DNA of 63,929 nt, filler included, from Elsinoe ampelina (lineage: Eukaryota), in assembly GCA_010093995.1 (NCBI GenBank). It is 3 parts of 3 records of this genome, joined end to end, with 100 filler letters (N's around TTAATTAATTAA, not from the genome) between each part and the next. Parts side by side here need not be neighbours in the genome. Positions count along the whole stretch, not along the records: positions 60,906 to 63,929 come from ML992613.1; 2 more parts are not named here. One strand, written 5' to 3'. Position numbers and translations under genes: made by a program. The notes under the pieces are model-generated. The model was not told the origin of the DNA. It saw only the letters and a program-made list of their open reading frames with translations, and made no database searches. This document shows positions 60,906 to 63,929 of the stretch, piece after piece; the stretch's first letter is position 1, and each line of letters opens with the position of its first letter.

Positions 60906-62335
60906 TATTAGAAGCTAATAGAGATCTTCTCCTCCTTAGTAGGCTCTTAGTAATTCTATAGGAAGGCTAAATATGCCTCTATACTCTTTAAAGTTAAGGG
61001 TATCTAGTTATAGTGTAACTAGCCTATAAGCAGAGGATATATATATAGCTTGTACTTCTACTAGGTCCTTAATTTAGTCTCCCCCTAGTAAACATAGCAA
61101 TCTTATGCTTACTAAGGCGTCTCTCTTCCTCCTTAAGAATAAGAAGGACCTTATCTATGTTAGTTAATTCTCTTACTTTAATTACTTACCTTGTAAACCT
61201 ATAGTTATTAGGAAGAGAAGAGAGAAGCTACTACAATCTCTCTACTACCCTCTAATAACTCTTGTCTAGGTAGATAATAGTAATCTATCTTCCTAGGCTA
61301 GTAAGGTAGAACTAAGCTTTATTAATAGTGTCCTACTTATCTATCTTATAGTTTACAAATTAGATAACTAGCTCCCTTACGCTTGCCTTAAGGTTTGTTT
61401 TATACTTAGACTTAAGTAATCTCTAATACTCTAATATAAGCTCTTCCTTATATAGTAACTCTTTATTATCTTATAAGATACACTAGACAACCTAGTACTT
61501 AGTAGTTACATTAGCCTTTTACTAGTTCTTTAACTTAATAGGTAGGACTAAAAAGGAGCTAGAGGTGTTATTAGATAATAGTGTTACTAAAGGGGTAGTC
61601 TAACTACGAATAGTCTAGAAGGTATTCTTACTTATAAGGTACATTTCTATCTAGTAGAACTATTCTCTCTAGTTAAGTCTATTAAGCTTAACAACTAGTC
61701 TTCTTAAAGATAAGGACTAATCTTCTATAGTTAGGAATTAAGTTCTCTAAGGAGAAGAGAATTAAATAAATAGATAAAGGTTAAGTTTAGTTAATAACCT
61801 CTAGTTAATAGTTGTCTATAAGGCTAGCTAGGCCTTAGAGGAAGTTAATAAATCGAATATGTTTAGTTAATCTAGCTAATAAATAGCAGCTATAGTAGAA
61901 CAATTATAGGAGTTAAACCTATGCTAAATAGAAGTGCTATTTCTACTTATTGTCCTAAGTAGTACAATCTTTTACGACTTATAGTATAGTCTACTAGGCT
62001 TACTAAAGGTATCTAGATAGTTAACTATAAGGCGGTAGGGATATTATAATTCCGCTTCCGTTTTGTTTAAGTAGTAGGCTAACTACTATATATATAATCC
62101 TATACTTGTGCTATAAGCTTTAGGCTTATAACCTATTAAGCGGAAGGCACGTTTAGGGGTAGAGTATTATATAGAACCAATCCGCACACTAGTTAGGTAA
62201 TAGACGAGTTAATTAATTAAGGAGTCTATCTACCGAAGGAAAGAACAGCTATAAATCCCTAGGACTTAGCATTATATAACCTATAGTTATATGACCTTCG
62301 GGCCTAATTATCTAGAGAGAGCTATATTCTTAGCA
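60906..62335 (-). mobile_element. RIP-inactivated Copia family B variant (5' LTR 62134-62335, PBS, internal region)
   Basis: The 202-bp LTR is homologous to the other two B LTRs and the PBS is adjacent (62120-62133). Copia A sequence begins right at 62336. Confidence 0.82.
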
Positions 62336-63929
62336 ATTAGTACTAAACTAGATAAGTTTAGGCTCTCTCTATACTATATTAAGACTATGTTTATTATAGA
62401 AATAGAGACTACTAAATAGTTAAAGAGCTAGAGATCTAGTCTTAACTATAAGAAAAGTCTTAAAGAGATAATAGACTCTCTTAGAATATAGAAGCCTCTA
62501 TATAATAGAAGAACTAATCTAAACTCTATTTATAGAGTAGCTAGTTATATTAAGGATTAATACACTTAGTATACTTATTATGTCTACTCTAATATAGATT
62601 ACTTTAAGTAGTACTCTAAGAAAGCACTAAAGAGTTAAAGTAAAAGAAATAATAAAGACAGGTTAAATAATAAAGATATAAAGGCTAAAGGTAAAAGTAA
62701 CAAGTTAAAGACTAAGAAAGTTAAAGGTTAAGTAGCTATTAAAGAATCTAGAGAACCTACTAAAGTAGGTAAATTAGATAAACACTCTAACACTAATATT
62801 AATATTATTATACTAGTCTATAGAGTAGTAGTAGTATCTATATTATTATCCTTAACCTATAGCAAGAATAGAGTAATTTATAACTCTAGTATATTAAGGT
62901 ACTTTATTAAAGATAGGTTATAGTTCTTAACAATTAAGGTATATAAAGGTGTTCTTAAATTTAAATAAGCTATTAGTATAAAGAAGCTACTTAATATAGA
63001 AGTTAGTATAGTTAAGCTTACTCTAACTAATAGCAAAGGCAAGAAGTTAATTATTAAGCTTTATAATTATATATACTTACTATTATTACTAAACACTCTT
63101 ATATCTAATCTTTAGAATAAAGAGGAACTTAGTATCTCTATAGTTAGTAAATCCTTAATAAAGAATAGAAAGGAAGTTAGCCTTATTAAACACTTTAAAA
63201 GAGTTAAATAGCTTAAGAACTTTAAAGTCTATAAGCCTAAGAACTATAAGGAATTACCTATAAGGCTAAACCTATAGAAGCTATAGGCTATAAGAGTAAA
63301 TCTAGCTATTATAACTACTTAAAAGCTAATATTAGAAAGATAGCACTAGAGATTAAGCTATATTAGTAACACTATTCTTTCCCTTACTAAAAGTTAAGCT
63401 ATTAGATTAGAAGAACTTTAAATATTAGATCTTAGCTACTATAAACTATATACTATATTAAAGACATAGAGGGTAGTATTAAGAGAACTAAGAGATATAC
63501 TAAAGTACTTACTAGATAAACTCTATCTAGACCTTATTAGTCCTATTAAACTATAGTTAAGTAAGAGCTATAAATACTTTCTCTTTATAATATATAGTAA
63601 AAGTAAGTATAAGTTTATTACTATTCTCTTTCTTAAGAGTAATATACTAGTAGTAATTAAACTTATCTATATAAGGAATAAAATAGTCTATAATAAGCTT
63701 TTATTTATCTTTATCTCTAATAGAGGAGGTAAATTTAAGAACTATAAACTAGTAATAGCTATTTATTTTAAAGGGTAGAGATAGAACATCTCTATACCTA
63801 ATACTTAATACTAAAATAGTAAATCTAAGGCTATTAATAAAGTAGTTATTCTTAGAATAAGATATATCTTTATTAATTATAAAGTACCTCTTAAACTCTA
63901 GTATATAGTTATAGAGTTTATAATCTATA
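62336..63929 (+). mobile_element. RIP-inactivated Ty1/Copia family A (gag end, protease, integrase)
   Basis: LER*H*RLSYI (=LERWHQRLGHI) at 63332-63364, LYLDLISP (=LHLDLIGP) at 63521-63544, SNRGGKF (=SDRGGEF) at 63716-63736. Integrase follows protease, the Copia order. Confidence 0.92.

Noticed and set aside
1..63929. tRNA, rRNA, CRISPR or telomere repeats
   Set aside because: None recognised by eye. tRNAscan-SE or Infernal would be needed to exclude small RNAs.

Overview
Filamentous ascomycete (Pezizomycotina; a Dothideomycete-like genome is inferred from ~50-nt introns, gene content and RIP). Two GC-balanced gene blocks (about 5.0-31.3 kb and 32.7-59.6 kb) hold about 18 protein-coding genes. 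Most are housekeeping (PSD1, SNRNP40, BET3, Som1/Flo8, IES2, MGS1, xanthine dehydrogenase, KH protein, ARMH3, NRK1, Mch1-like MFS). A few look accessory: a choice-of-anchor-B secreted protein, a frameshifted DUF2855 gene, a CLE1-type cutinase, a PTH11-like membrane protein and a Gfo/Idh/MocA oxidoreductase. The blocks are flanked by AT-rich, RIP-destroyed nests of transposons. These comprise a Ty3/Gypsy inserted in a Copia, and a second Copia family (203-bp LTR, Ty5-type PBS) whose three copies all abut other repeats. A Mutator MITE with a 9-bp TSD and a ~337-bp foldback element are also present. Two 100-bp N/TTAATTAATTAA/N spacers are artificial contig joins. I found no clear-cut novel multi-gene system. 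The best leads are strand-symmetric C-rich to G-rich skew switch points inside four genes, the DUF2855 -1 frameshift beside a slippery-like heptamer and G4 motif, the yeast-type polyester-degrading cutinase, the repeat-associated Copia and the RIP-resistant foldback.
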